A stretch of DNA of 64,000 bases, from positions 42,904,001 through 42,968,000 of the forward strand of contig OX597818.1 in assembly GCA_951406725.2 (NCBI GenBank), written 5' to 3'. The first letter of the stretch is position 1; every line of letters starts with the position of its first letter. A program made the translations under genes and the position numbers. Of this stretch, positions 51,385 through 63,977 are shown one piece after another. A model generated the notes under the pieces. That model searched no databases. It was not told the DNA's origin and saw only the letters and a program-made list of their open reading frames with translations. Origin of the DNA: Octopus vulgaris. Its lineage: Eukaryota.

Positions 51385-51763
51385 CTCTTTTACTTGGTTC
51401 AGTCATGTGACTGTGGCCATACTGGAGCACCGCCTTTAGTCGAGCAAATCGACCCCAGGACTTATTCTTTGTAAGTCTAGTACTTATTCTATCGGTCTCT
51501 TTTGCAGAACCACTAAGTTACGGGGATGTAAACACACCAGCATCGGTTGTCAAGTGATGTTGGGGGGACAAACACAGACACACAAACATACACACACACA
51601 TACATATATATGATGAGCTTCCTTCAGTTTCCGTCTACCAAATCCACTCACACGGCTTTGGTTGGCCCAAGGCTATAGTAGAAGACACTTGCCTAAGTGG
51701 AACTGAACCCAATACCATGTGGATCGTAAGCAAGCATTTACCACACAGCCACTCCTACGCCTA
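51385..51763 (-). mobile_element. Family A SINE
   Basis: Full family A reverse-complement match. Confidence 0.88.
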
Positions 51764-52681
51764 TAGACTATAACTGAAAATTTCTTAGTTATTAAAATTG
51801 TTCAACTTTAATCTTCTACAAAATAATTTACCAATGCATATCAATATTGTTTGAGAAATGAAGTAAAGTTCTTCCAAACTATTTATGCTAATATCTTTGC
51901 TCATTGTTATAAATGCTGCATGATCACGGATATGGATATAAATTTTGACAAGGCTGATTTTGTTGCTGGTCAGTATGAAGATGACTAATAGCAAGCAAAA
52001 TATGGGAATTAATTCATTTAAGATTTTTTTTTTTACCAATACTCCTTACCCCAACAAAATATCTACAGTTGTTACTGATACTTTAATAATATAACTTATT
52101 AAATCAGATTTGTTCTTACCATCTTTATTAACAGATTTCTAAATTGCAATATTTAACTTAAAGGATTTATAGTACAAGATATATCATAGAATTTAAAGCA
52201 GGGTCTGCATGATTTGTATCTATTTATTTCTGGAATGCTAGCAGTAAAAGATAGCAGCATGTGGCATATCTGACTCATTCCTTTGGATGAAGATGCTACA
52301 GATATTTGTATTTCTGTTAAGGGAAATAAAAAAAAAAAAAAAATGATATTTTATTTGATTTTAGTTCAATCTAAAATATTATAGTTTTTAAAATTTTTTT
52401 TATTATAAATGCAATTATTTGTGCATCTACGTTTATAAGACTCTCAATAATTAATGTGTAAATGCTTCTGATGCTGATATTTATTATTTGAAGATTGTGA
52501 TTTTATTGTGATGTATTATTAACTATCAAACTACCTTATCTGCCTCATAAAGAAAGGATATTATATCTTTTTTGTACATTTCATTAGAGAACATCATCTA
52601 CTAGTAGAGTATAGCTAATATATACATATATATCCTTAAATCCTTAAAAATGTTTCAGCCCAAAGGCCATGCTGGGGCATT

Positions 52682-53063
52682 CTTTATTCTTTTATTTGTT
52701 TCAGTCATTTGACTGTGGCCACGCTGGAGCACTGCCTTTATTCTATAAAATTGACCCCAGGACTTATTCTTTGTAAGCCTAGTACTTATTCTTTCAGTCT
52801 CTTTTACTGAACCACTAAGTTATGGGGATGTAAACACACCAACACTGGTTGTCAAGTGATGATGGTGGGGTAGGACAAACACAGACACACAAATACATAC
52901 ATACATACATGACGAGCTTCTTTCAGTTCCCATCTACAAAATCCACACAAGGCTTTGGTCGGCCCAAGGCTATAATAAAAGACACTTGCCGAAGGTGCCA
53001 TGCAGTGGGACTGAACCTGGAACCATGTGTTTGAGAAGCAAGCTTCTTACCACACAGCCACTC
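52682..53063 (-). mobile_element. Family A SINE
   Basis: Full family A reverse-complement match. Confidence 0.88.
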
Positions 53064-53209
53064 ATATATATATAGTTTTAGGGAGTTAAATGTTATGGCC
53101 AGTCATAGGATGACCATTGGTTTCTCACCCATAAAGTGCTTAGTAGTATAGGTGACTTGTCAGACTCAAAACTATATATATAATCTTATGTCTCCGAGAT
53201 GAGAAATTT

Positions 53210-53351
53210 ATATTATGTATCTTCTTTATATTAGTCAGACTATTGCTTCATCTTGATTGTTGCTTTCACTATGCACAACAACCGAAACACAGTGAAAGCA
53301 GCAATCAAGATGAGGACATCAGTCTGACTAATATAAACAGTTTACATAATA
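53210..53351 (+). mobile_element. Penelope-like pLTR relic forming a hairpin; only the GAAAC half of the hammerhead remains
   Basis: ~49-bp core arms at 53225-53273 and 53288-53337; ccgaaac...caagatgaggaca is shared with the 26391-26514 element. Confidence 0.55.
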
Positions 53352-54231
53352 TACAGTATATATATTGGTAGTGTATAAGCTATTATTATTCTCTGTTCTT
53401 GCCATGTGTTTTAGCAAACCTGTTTGAAAATTTTTTAAACTTTGTATAATTTTTGTGAAGATTATTAAAATTTCTGTTTTGTTGTTTTTAATGTGAAAAT
53501 AACCTTATGTCTCCGAAAATAGAATTATTCATTCCATATGTTTTGTTCCATTTGAAGTGAGTTCTTTTCAGCACAAACATGATTTAAGCATTGAAAAATA
53601 AGTTCTTTGTTAGCATCAATGACTTGCTAATAACTAGGTATCCTTTGTATATATTTTGTATGGATTTGGTTATCTTGGTCAGAGTTTTAAAGGTTATTAT
53701 AGCTAATATTTCATCCTGCGCATTGTTCTGATTTTCTCTTCGCCATACAGAGGAATGTATAGAATGTTAGAAACTCATGATATAAAAAACAATCTTGTTT
53801 TGTTTTTAATAGTCTTTGAATTGGTTATCTGATATCCATTGATTAGTTCAATAAAGATTTATTTATTGTTATACTAAAATGCACCTAATGCAACATACAA
53901 CATAGGTTATCAATTTAAAATAGAATCTTTGTTTATTTGAGAAAAAAGTGGTACTTCAAAACCTTCCATAACTAGAAGATTAAAGTAGCTAGAAAAAAAC
54001 AATATTGTTAAACAATTGTTGCAAGCTGATAGTTAAAAAGTGCATCGTTGACAAGAGCGAAGCAGTTTTAGAGAGAACGGATTAGGTAAAGTGTTTGATA
54101 TAAGATACTAAAAGTGTAAATACTGTAGTAGAATGGAAAAAGACTAAAAGATGAGCATCAAGTAAATTTAGGCGGAGATGTTGTAACTAGTAAATTCAGA
54201 GGAACCAAATCCACATAAGAGCATCTTTTGA

Positions 54232-54483
54232 CTCTTTTGAGACCTCTGCCAACCCATCTGAGATCTCTACCTTCGTTTTATGATATAAAATTCTTGTTTT
54301 AAAATGATTTAAATTAAAAGCTTCCACCAAAATTTCATGTTCATTTTGTTACCAGCTTGATAACAAGAGTTATTTTACTAAATTCTTCATTCTTTTAAAA
54401 ATTAATTGAAGCAAAGGCAGTGATAACCTATGTTGTATGTTGCATTTGGTGCATTGTAGTATAACAATATGATAACAAAAGGG
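54232..54483. mobile_element. piggyBac-type MITE (P1), diverged
   Basis: Colinear with 12985-13205; ends ataacaaaaggg-tcaa. Confidence 0.65.
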
Positions 54484-54487
54484 TCAA

Positions 54488-55116
54488 CCCTTCAGCATTC
54501 AGATTATCCTGTCAAATGTAATGCCTATTTATTCACATTGTTTTGAATTATTCAGACATAATATTGTAGCTTTGAGAAGGCAGCGAGCTGGCAGAAATGT
54601 TAGCACGCCGGGCGAAATGTGTAGCTGTATTTTGTTTGCCATTATGTTCTGAGTTCAAATTCCGCCAAGGTCGTTTTTGCCTTTCATCCTTTTGGGGTCA
54701 ATAAATTAAGTACCAGTTATGCACTGGGGTTGATGTAATCGACTTAATCCGTTTGTCTGTCCTTGTTTGTCCCCTCTGTGTTTAGCCCCTTGTGGGTAGT
54801 AAAGAAATAGGTATTTTGTCTGTCTTTATGTTTTGAGTTCGAATTCCACCAAGGTCAACTTTGCTTTTCATCCTTTTGGGAGTCAATAAATTAAGTACCA
54901 GTTGCATACTGGGGTTGATCTAAATGACTGGCCCCCTGCCCCCAAATTTCGGGCCTTGTGCCTAGAGTAGAAAAGAATATTGTAGCTTTGAGATTTTCAT
55001 GATAATTGTTTATTTTTAGAAGGGTAGGTGTGAGAGGCTGCATCTGACTGGTTTGAGTATAAAACAGGTATATTTAGAATATTTAGGCAGATGTGGCGTG
55101 TTTGAATGCTAAAGGG
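54488..55116. mobile_element. piggyBac-type MITE (P2) with nested SINE
   Basis: TIRs cccttcagcattca / tgaatgctaaaggg; tcaa / ttaa flanks. Confidence 0.8.
54578..54975 (+). mobile_element. Family C SINE, internally dimeric
   Basis: Perfect 18-bp TSD aatattgtagctttgaga at 54560-54577 and 54976-54993; central module present twice. Confidence 0.9.
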
Positions 55117-56287
55117 TTAAACCATTCTAGAATAGGTCATTTCACTAAAACTTTACTTCATTTTTACACCAAAAAAGAATGTATTTCCTTGGTTTGTGAA
55201 TCAGTGCAGTAAATATGCAGTGTTCCATAGTGAGAGAGTTATGTGTTGCTTTCTTGTTGAGTAGCAGCTGTTCAGACTGTTTCAAACCTTTGAGAAGGAA
55301 ACTAGGGCTTTTGATTCAGTTGATGAAACTTAAAAGCGTTAGGTTTAAACTTGCAAGGGCTATAATGTATGTATATGCTCTTGTTATAATTGTGTCTAAT
55401 CTTGCTTGTTTTCAATCAATTCAGCTGACAATTTTCATATTATGCTCTTTAAACAATTAACTGACATCTGTAAGTAAAATGGTTATTGTTAAATGTTTAA
55501 TTATTGTTAATATTAGAATTAGTTTTCTGTTATATTTCCTTTTATGCCTGAACCGAAATGAAATAAGAAACATGTCTCTTATTTTATTTTGGCTCATGCA
55601 CTTATGAAAACTCTTTCATTTATTTTGTTTAGTAGTAAACAGCTTGTGATAAGGTTATCTGCAAATAGTTTCTGGAGAAAGCTTGCAGAAATTTCATATT
55701 TCACTAAAAATATATTTAACCGTGTTCTGCTAGACACTTTGCACTTTTCATACTTCTCAATATCAATAATGTTACAAACAGAACCTCATGGACTCTTAGT
55801 CTTTCATTTAATCATTAAATTGATTTTGTTTCCATTTATTTTTGAGCTAGCTTGGATGAGATAGATGACTTTTAGCAAATGTACATGCTTGCATATTATT
55901 GGCATAAATATTTTTACAGTGGAAAGATACTTTTACTGCAAATCACCTACTCATGAAAGATGGTACTTGTTATTAACCAAATAAACTGATGTATGCTCTT
56001 TCTGGAGGTTCAGTTTAATGAGCCTAGAAATATATGAAATGGTGTGAAATTTAGATTGGATTTAACCTGTGATTAATTATTATGTCTGTGTTAGAAATTG
56101 AAATTGTAAATAAATTAATATATAAAATATAAAATAAATAAATAAAAATAAGGAATTTGTGCTAGGTTGGAAAACAATGATGATTCATAATGAAATTTAT
56201 AACACTGATGTTTCAAACATAAATGTTAGCAAATATGTCACTGCACTTTGTTCAAGGGATATCTAGGGATATTTAAAATAAAAATCA

Positions 56288-56401
56288 TTTTGTGCATATT
56301 TTATCAATCCAATATCCACCTTTTGTGCATATTTTATCAATTCAATATCCACCTTTATATTCAATATTTTATCAATCTAATATCCACCTTTATATTCAAT
56401 A
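56288..56401. repeat. 33-35-bp tandem repeat, about 3.4 copies
   Basis: ttttgtgcatattttatcaatYcaatatccacc units. Confidence 0.85.
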
Positions 56402-56649
56402 TATAATTCTTGGAATTATAAATAGCTTAAATACAAATGAATGACCAAAATTGGTTAAAATTTTTTTTCATAACAGCTATATTACAAAAGTAAGTGTTAG
56501 AAAATATGGCTCTGAAATTTTAGATTTTATCATTGATACAATGGGTGGGTGGGTAAAATATTAATTTAAACCTATTGTATCTTTTGCTGAAGTCTAACAA
56601 TAAAAGTGGTGTGTTAATGGTTAAGTACTATCTGATGGGGTAACTTTCT

Positions 56650-57010
56650 GGAGTAACCATGTATCTCCCCTGTAGCGAGACACCTGTTCCTGTCCCTCCA
56701 TCGTATTTTAACCTCTCATTACCTGACACAAAACCACTGCTGTCAATACTACTCCCCATTCATTTGAAGGGGTCTTATCTTGTAAGTTACTTGGTGCTAT
56801 ATAATATAATGCATCTGGTACACTCTGTAAAGTGGTTGGCATTAGGAAGAGCATCTAACCATAGAAACTATGCCAAAACAGACAGTGAAGCTTGGTGCAG
56901 TCCATTAGCTCACCAGCTCTTGTTGTATCATCCAATCCATTCCAGTATACAAAACTGATGTTAAATAATGATGATAATAGTGGTGATGATGGAGATGATG
57001 ATAATGATAA
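56650..57010 (+). mobile_element. Family B repeat with upstream UTR segment
   Basis: cactctgtaaagtggttggcattaggaagagcatc..gatgttaaataatgatgat. Confidence 0.7.
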
Positions 57011-57329
57011 TGTAATTGCTGTACATGAGATTTCCAATAAATTTTTGGATCTGTTATGAGAAAACCTTCTGCAGTTAACTGTTAGGATATCACATTTCCT
57101 TGCAAGAAATCACACATATGCATTCATTAGAATAAACATCTGTTTCATTTATTTTTTTATTGGTTTCAGTTATTGGACTACAACCATCCTGGGATATCGT
57201 AGTCAAAGGTTTTAGTTGATTATATTGACCCAGATACTTATTTTAGCCGAGGAAGGATAAAGTTAACTGGGCATAAAAGAAAACTAGAGCAAAACTAAAT
57301 ACCACTGATTCACACATGTATGCACGTGC

Positions 57330-57380
57330 GCACACACACACGTGCACACACACACATGTGCACGCACACACACTCACTCA

Positions 57381-57423
<43 letters not shown>
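57330..57423. repeat. (CA)n compound microsatellite
   Basis: Directly visible; lies in a decayed family A-like copy. Confidence 0.9.
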
Positions 57424-57425
<2 letters not shown>

Positions 57426-57979
57426 ATTCAGTTGGCTTCCAAACAATTTCCATCTACTAAATTTTGCTCATAACGCATTGATTGACCCAAAATTACAGCA
57501 GAAAATACTCCAAAGTACCATGTAGATGGATTGAACTCAGAACCATGGAACTGTATAGAAATTCTTAACTATACACCTATGCCTGTATCCATGCCCAATG
57601 AATTACATTTCCTACAAAGTACTTGTTATAATATCAAATTTCTACTAACATATGGTTATTATTCATAATTGCTGTATTTTCTCTTTTTTTTTTCACATTT
57701 GCTTAAATTAGAACTATTTTGACTCAAATATTTTAACCTAAAAATATTAAACTATGTTTGTATTTAATTTATCTATGAAATCTAAATTTAGGTTAGAGAT
57801 AAATTTAGGTTAGTGATAATAAAAACAAATACTTAGAAAAAGGTATTAAAATCCTACTTGATAAAAATAAATATTGTTAATAAAAAACTGCAATCATATA
57901 AAACAGTAAATAATGAACTGATAAACAAGTACAATCTGAAATGTTAATCTATCTTTATAGTTAAGTAGTTAACATTTGA

Positions 57980-58660
57980 GACTTTATGGGGCTCCCAGAA
58001 CTATTAAAGGCAATAGTTGCAAGAGAAACAGGAGCAAAGAGAATGTTTCAGAAGATTGACATTCTAGATTGGAAAGATTGGTGTAAAGTTAGTATAAAGG
58101 TAGTCATGGCAGAGAGCTGGCAGAATTGTTAGCACACTGGGCAAAATGCTTAGCAGTATTTTGTCTGACTTTACATTCCAAGTTCAAATGCCATCAGGAT
58201 CCACTTTACCCTTCATCCCTTTGAAGTTGATAAAAATAAATACCATTTGAGCACTGGGGTTGATATAATCAACTTACCCCTTCGTCAGAATTACTGGCCT
58301 TATGCCTAAACTTGAAACCAATATAAAGATAGCCAGTTCTGAGTACCAGAGACATCTGTTGTAGCAGCAGAAAAGTTGTAGAGAGGATACAATATTTTTG
58401 TGGCCCAGAGGCTGTAGTTAGCTAGAGCATTTATATTAGGACTCCTCTATGGACCTGTTTGATATAGTATGAAAATCTCCTTGGAAACACACCATCTTAG
58501 GGGAAAAAAAAAGAAGGAAAGTGAGACATTGACAATGTGGTCCCAGGTATACAGGTACACTGTATCCAGGAAAAAGATAGAATAGTCATGGCTAGAATGT
58601 CTGTAATTATACGTTTTCACAGTTAGATCTGACCTAGGGTTGAACATGAAGAGAACAAGT
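57980..58660 (-). mobile_element. CR1/L2-like LINE relic interrupted by a family C SINE
   Basis: Minus frame SLQLFCCYNRCLWYSELAIF resembles the SL.LFYRYY.G.CSSELA motif; boundaries uncertain. Confidence 0.45.
58107..58321 (+). mobile_element. Family C SINE
   Basis: TSD tataaaggtagtca / tataaagatagcca (12/14). Confidence 0.8.
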
Positions 58661-59659
58661 GCTTGATGTAAAATAAAAAAGTTTAAAAATCCCTACTCTG
58701 TAGGTATTTAAACAAGATCAACTTAAGATAAACATGAACAGGTTCAATGTTCATTGTTATTGGAGAGTATCTTGTCTGTATTGGCTCAGCTGAAAACCTT
58801 TCATTGAGAAATGAAGACTTTAGTAGAAACACAATGGGTTTTAAAATAACTATATAGATGCTTATAGTTAGTGTTTAGAGAGATACAAATAATTTGTTGA
58901 AATAAATAAAAAGTTGTGCACTCAGAAATTCTTTGAGTTTTCATATTCATTTTATTTCCCCCTTTATTTATTATTGATTTTCCTACTAAAATAAACAAAT
59001 GGTAGCAACAACTTCCCTGATATTTAGAAGTATATTATTAGTCAAGTCTTTTACTTAAGTTTTGCTTTCAAGTATATTTCCTCTCCTTAAAGACCTGTTT
59101 CACATAAAGGTGAATCACTTCCTCTTAAAATGCCAGTCTCCTTTATTCAGTAGACACAAAAGATATGTTGAAAATGTGAATCAGCTAATTGATTCTAACT
59201 GTCATTTAATTGCTGGTAGAATAATGATAATGACAACAACAATTCAAATGACTTGTAGAGACTGTTTGAAAAAATGTATGTTGTCTTACAGAGTTTGGTA
59301 TTTAATATTTCCTACAACTAAAGATTACATAAAAATGTAAACTCAATCAACTTTAAATTGATATTATCCACTTGAAGATATTTCAAATTTCTTAACATAG
59401 CAGACACAAACAACAAGCATAGAAGGAATAGCAATTAAAGGACATTAAATATCTGAAGGTTTTTCAAGGAGCTAGATATAATCTGTATTTGAATGGATAG
59501 GTAGATAATAAAAGATTTGCAACCTTTTCTTTATTAGGATAAGACAAAGCATGGAAGTGTCCAAGAAAGTGTTCTTCCTTTTGCTACCTCTTCAGAAAGA
59601 ATAGTGATTAAGTCATTATTCTTTGTAAAGAGGCATATCCAATCATTAAGTCATTGGAT

Positions 59660-59900
59660 ATCATCATTGTCTTAATGCTCAATTTGCCATGGGTCAGTCA
59701 GAATTCATTGCCCTTCTTGCCATTTAGTTTCACTTATTCCCAAGTAAGGTAATGTTTCACCATAGCGAGGTATGTTGTCATGGGAGACTGGAAACAAAGG
59801 GCATCACTTGTATAATGGTGACACTTGTTTACAACTAACCATTCAATGTCAAGATAAGGAGACATTAATACAACCACATACATATGTACACACACACATT
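59660..59900 (-). mobile_element. Family D SINE 3' fragment
   Basis: gactggaaacaaagggcatcacttgtataatggtgacacttgtttacaac similar to about 5545-5600. Confidence 0.55.
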
Positions 59901-60654
59901 CATGCCCTTGCAATTTATTTTTATTTCTGATCATTGAAGTTTTATTTTATACTCCTCTGTAAATCTGAGATTCTGTGCCTTTATAAGAAATCAATATCAA
60001 AATGAAAGTCAATCAGATGTGGTGATAAATCTACTTTCTAAAATGTAATGCTTCATTAGTAAATTATATTTATTTATTATGCTTTCTTTACCCAAATACC
60101 CTAGAGATTTTATTGTGAAGATAATATAATATACCCATCACATCCTCTTGAATGTTAATTGTTTAATTGATAATAAATATATTCATAGCTTTTTTTGCCT
60201 TTTAAATCAGAATTTAGATTGAAAGTTTTATTTGGTTGTTGGAACTATTTAGCTTTATGGGAAAGATATTTGAAAGCCACTTTTAAAATACATTATTTAC
60301 ATTTTATATTTCAGAATGTTTGAATTCTATTTCTAAAGCAAATTTATCTTTTTAGGAAGTGGTATGGTAAAATGAATATCTGAATGCAAAATTCAAAGAT
60401 AGTAATAAACAAATATTTTATAAATAACTGGCATTAATTTTTACCAGTATTGAGTTATTTATCTTGTACTGAAAAAGTAAAAAATTAATAAAGAAAATAA
60501 AAATAGGGAAATGATATTTTATTTTCAATATATAAATAATTATATTAAATTATACAGTTGTATTACATTTCATGCTTGTTGTTGGTATGGTCTTCCATTT
60601 ATAAACTATTTAGTGTATACGTTGTATGTGATATATAGTGATGTATCACTGTAT

Positions 60655-60942
60655 CATCATCATCATCGTTTAACGTCTGCTTTCCATGCCAGCATGGGTT
60701 GGACGATTTGATTGAGGACTAGTGAATCAGATGGCTGCACCAGGCTCCAATCTTGATCTGGCAGAGTTTCTACAGCTGGATGCCCTTCCTAATGCCAACC
60801 ACTCCGAGAGTGTAGTGGGTGCTTTTCCGTGCCACCAGCACAGGGGCCAGTCAGGTGGTACTGGCAACGGCCATGCTCAAATGGTGTTTTTTACGTGCCA
60901 TATGCACAGGAGCCAGTCCAGCGGCACTGGCAACGACCTCGA
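60655..60942 (-). mobile_element. Family B repeat, young
   Basis: Nearly identical to the reverse complement of 24440-24633. Confidence 0.9.
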
Positions 60943-60983
60943 TAGAAGGTACAGTTTACATAAAAACATTTACATAGTTTTTT

Positions 60984-61200
60984 AAGGTGGTGAGCTGGCA
61001 GAATCATTAGCATGCTGGGCAAAATGCTTAGTGACATTCCATCTATGTTTATGCTCTGATTTCAATCCCTGCCAAGGTTGACTTTGCCTTTCATCCTTTC
61101 AAGGTCAATAAAATATGTACCAGTTGTGCACTGGAGTTGATGTAATTGACTTAGCCCCTTCCCTGAAATTGCAGGCCTCATGCCAATATTTGAAACCAAT
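60984..61200 (+). mobile_element. Family C SINE
   Basis: aaggtggtgagctggcagaatc..gactttgcctttcatcctttc; TSD ttacatagt(t/c)ttt. Confidence 0.8.
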
Positions 61201-61889
61201 GCTTACATAGTCTTTAATCCATGTAAATCTAGTACCTTTCTCCCAGCAAAATAGATTCAAACATTCAATAATATAATGCTAATAATTTATGAAACTCTTT
61301 GAGATCAGTTGAACTATCTAGTACATGTTTAATACCTCCTTATGCTACAAGTGTTATTTATGTACAAGATGGATGGAATTATAACTGCTTAAATCTCTTT
61401 TGCAAACAGATTTAATGTCTGTGTTTGTTATATAGCCTTTCTTAATGTAAGTTTTCTCTGCTTAATATAAGCTGGATCTTATTGATCTAATCAAAATGGA
61501 GTGAATAATAATGAATGGAATTACAAGACCATAATTGAAACATGTTGGAATTGAAAATATATTTGAATAAAAAAAAATGTTTTAGTCTAATGAAAATATA
61601 ATTGTCTGAGTGTGGGTTTCTTTATTGGTAAAATATTTAATTAATTTTTCTTTTTTATATTTATCTCAGTTGTATACTTGGCAAGATTGCATCTACAGGC
61701 TTTAAACCTTAGTTTTGAAAAAATATTTCAGAGTTTGATTGTGTTGATTTCCATTTCTATTGGTCATAGAAAAAATATTTGTAAGGAAGAAAAGAACTGT
61801 GTTAGCCCTACAGAGGAGCACCAAGAAATTTTACTCATAGATAGAAGTAAAGATGTATATTTTGAGATGTAATTATTTGAAACACATAC

Positions 61890-62070
61890 ATCATCACATA
61901 CATCATCATCATTTAACGTCCGTTTTCCATGCTAGCATGTGTTGGATAGTTCGACTGGGGTCTAGGAAGCCAAGAGGCTGCACTAGGCTCCAGTCTGATG
62001 TGGTAGTGTTTCTACAACTGGATGCCCTTCCTAACGCCAACCACTCCATGAGTGTTGTGGGTGCTTTTTA
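61890..62070 (-). mobile_element. Family B repeat
   Basis: Close to the 2900-3090 subtype (gttcgactggggtct.ggaagcca). Confidence 0.85.
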
Positions 62071-62364
62071 CATTATACATTATAGTAAAGATTTTGTTTG
62101 TTAATGGTAAGTATATTAGTAACATGAATTTAGTGGGTGTTACATATGCTTATGTAATAAATTCAGTAACATAATTATGTTAATAAATTCAGTAACATAA
62201 TTATAATAAACTGTAATTTAAATATATGGCATTTGTTTTATAAACCAGTATTCAAGTTTAGTTCTCTCATATACAAGAGATTGAAAAATTTTTTGAATAA
62301 TGGTATGTTTTTTTATAATTGAAGAATTAACCAGTGAGCTAAAAGGTTGTCAATAACTGAATAT

Positions 62365-62625
62365 CTTTTATCTTTTACTTGTTTTAGTCATTGAATTGTG
62401 GCCATGCTGGGGCACTGCCTTGAAGGGTTAGCCAAGCAAATCAATCCCAGTATTTATTTTTTAAGCCTGGTTCTGATTCAATCTGTCTCTTTTGCTGAAC
62501 TGCTAAGTTACAGAAACATAAACAAACCAACACTGGTTGTCAAGAGATAATGATGGTGGTGGTGATAGTAGTAGTGGTGGTGGTGGTGGTGATAGTGGTG
62601 ATAATGGACAAACACAAACATAAAG
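62365..62625 (-). mobile_element. Family A SINE 3' half with (GGT)n expansion
   Basis: tttacttgttttagtcattg..gtggccatgctggggcac. Confidence 0.7.
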
Positions 62626-62656
62626 ATACACATGCACATTCACACATATGTACACA

Positions 62657-62974
62657 TCATACAGTCTACCTTTCATCCTAAAGGAGAGGCCCTTGGTTGC
62701 CAGCAGAGGTAGGAGCTTCCTGAACTTTGCCCAGGCTATTCTTATTCTAGCTACTACACTCTCAGAGCAATCACCCCCACTACAGTCTTGGTCGCCTAGG
62801 TAGCAGAAGCTATCAACTACTTCTAGTTTTTCCCCCTAGCATGTGATGGAATCTGTTTTCTGTACATCTTCAGTGTTTATTGCCCCTGTGCATCTGCCAC
62901 ACAAAAACTATATTCTCGGTTAACCTTCCTTTGATACTGCTGCACCTTTTATGTGTACCTGTTGCTTACACTGG
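62657..62974 (-). pseudogene. RTE LINE ORF fragment (Cys/His-rich insert and RT C-terminal region)
   Basis: Minus frames TQCKQ.VHKRCSSIKGRLTENIVF..GRCTGAINTEDVQKTDSITC*GEKLEVVDSFCYLGDQ..ARIRIAWAKFRKLLPLLATKGLSFRMKGRLY. Confidence 0.85.
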
Positions 62975-63885
62975 GTAGTTGATAGCTTCTGCTACCTAGG
63001 CGACCAAGTCTGTAGTGGGGGTGGTTGCTCTGAGAGTGTAGTGGCTAGAATAAGAGTAGCCTGAGCAAAGTTCAGGGAGTTCGTACCTCTGCTGGCAACT
63101 AAAGGCCTCTCGTTCAGGATGAAATGTAGACTGTATGATTCATGTGTGCAAACTGCCATGCTACATGGCAGTGAAACATGAGGCATGACTGCTGAGGACA
63201 TGCATAGGCTTGAAAGAAATGAAGCTAGTATGATTTGCTGGATGTGTAATGTCAGTGTGCATACATGACAGAGTGTGAGAGCCCCGAGAGAAAAGTTGGA
63301 CATAAGAAGCAGCAAATGTGGTGTGCAAGAGAGACAACTGCGCTGGTATGGTCATGTATTATGTATGGATGAGCTGTGTGAGGAAGTGCCACGCCCTAAC
63401 TGTAGAAGGAACCTGTGGATGAGGTGGTGAAGCATGACCTTCGAATATTGGGCCTGATAGAGGCAATGACAGGAGACCAAGACCATTATTGATTGAGAAG
63501 ACCCTGCAACTAAAGTGAGATTGCAGCCATAGCTGATGCCACTGTTGCATGTCTGGCCCATTTAAGAGTACCCTTGATGCGTTGGATGATATAATATGCT
63601 TGAGAAGACCTGTTGAATCAAGTAAAACCAAAATCGTATCTGTGGCCAGTGCCCCCTAACTGGCTCCCATTGAATGCATCATTCAAATGTGGTTGATGGC
63701 TTTGTCCCCTGACTGGTTCAATGCTGGTGGCACATAAAAAGCGCCATCTGAACATTGTTGATGCCAGGTCCACCTGACTGACTCCTGTGATGGTGGCATG
63801 TAAAAAGCACCATTTGAACATGGCCAATGCCAGCACCCCAATGACTGGCTCCTGTGCCTGTGGCACGAAAAAAGCACTAAATGAG
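62975..63885 (+). pseudogene. RTE LINE 3' portion (ORF end and repeat-rich 3' UTR)
   Basis: VVDSFCYLGDQ..RLYDSCVQTAMLHGSET*GMTAEDMHRLERNEASMICWMCNVS..QLRWYGHV; 3' UTR shares gtggcac.taaaaagcacc units with family B. Confidence 0.85.
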
Positions 63886-63939
63886 ATGTCAGTGTTTTCA
63901 TTTTTTGCATAATTTAGATGATAATTTATTCACCACACC

Positions 63940-63942
<3 letters not shown>

Positions 63943-63975
<33 letters not shown>
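63943..63975. repeat. (TA)n microsatellite
   Basis: Directly visible. Confidence 0.95.

Positions 63976-63977
<2 letters not shown>

Noticed and set aside
56632-56665. ctgatg-ggtaac..gtaacc as a hammerhead
   Set aside because: No GAAA box; the downstream sequence belongs to the family B upstream UTR
62992-63315. 107-aa minus-strand ORF
   Set aside because: Antisense to the RTE ORF; the sense frame carries the recognisable motifs with stops
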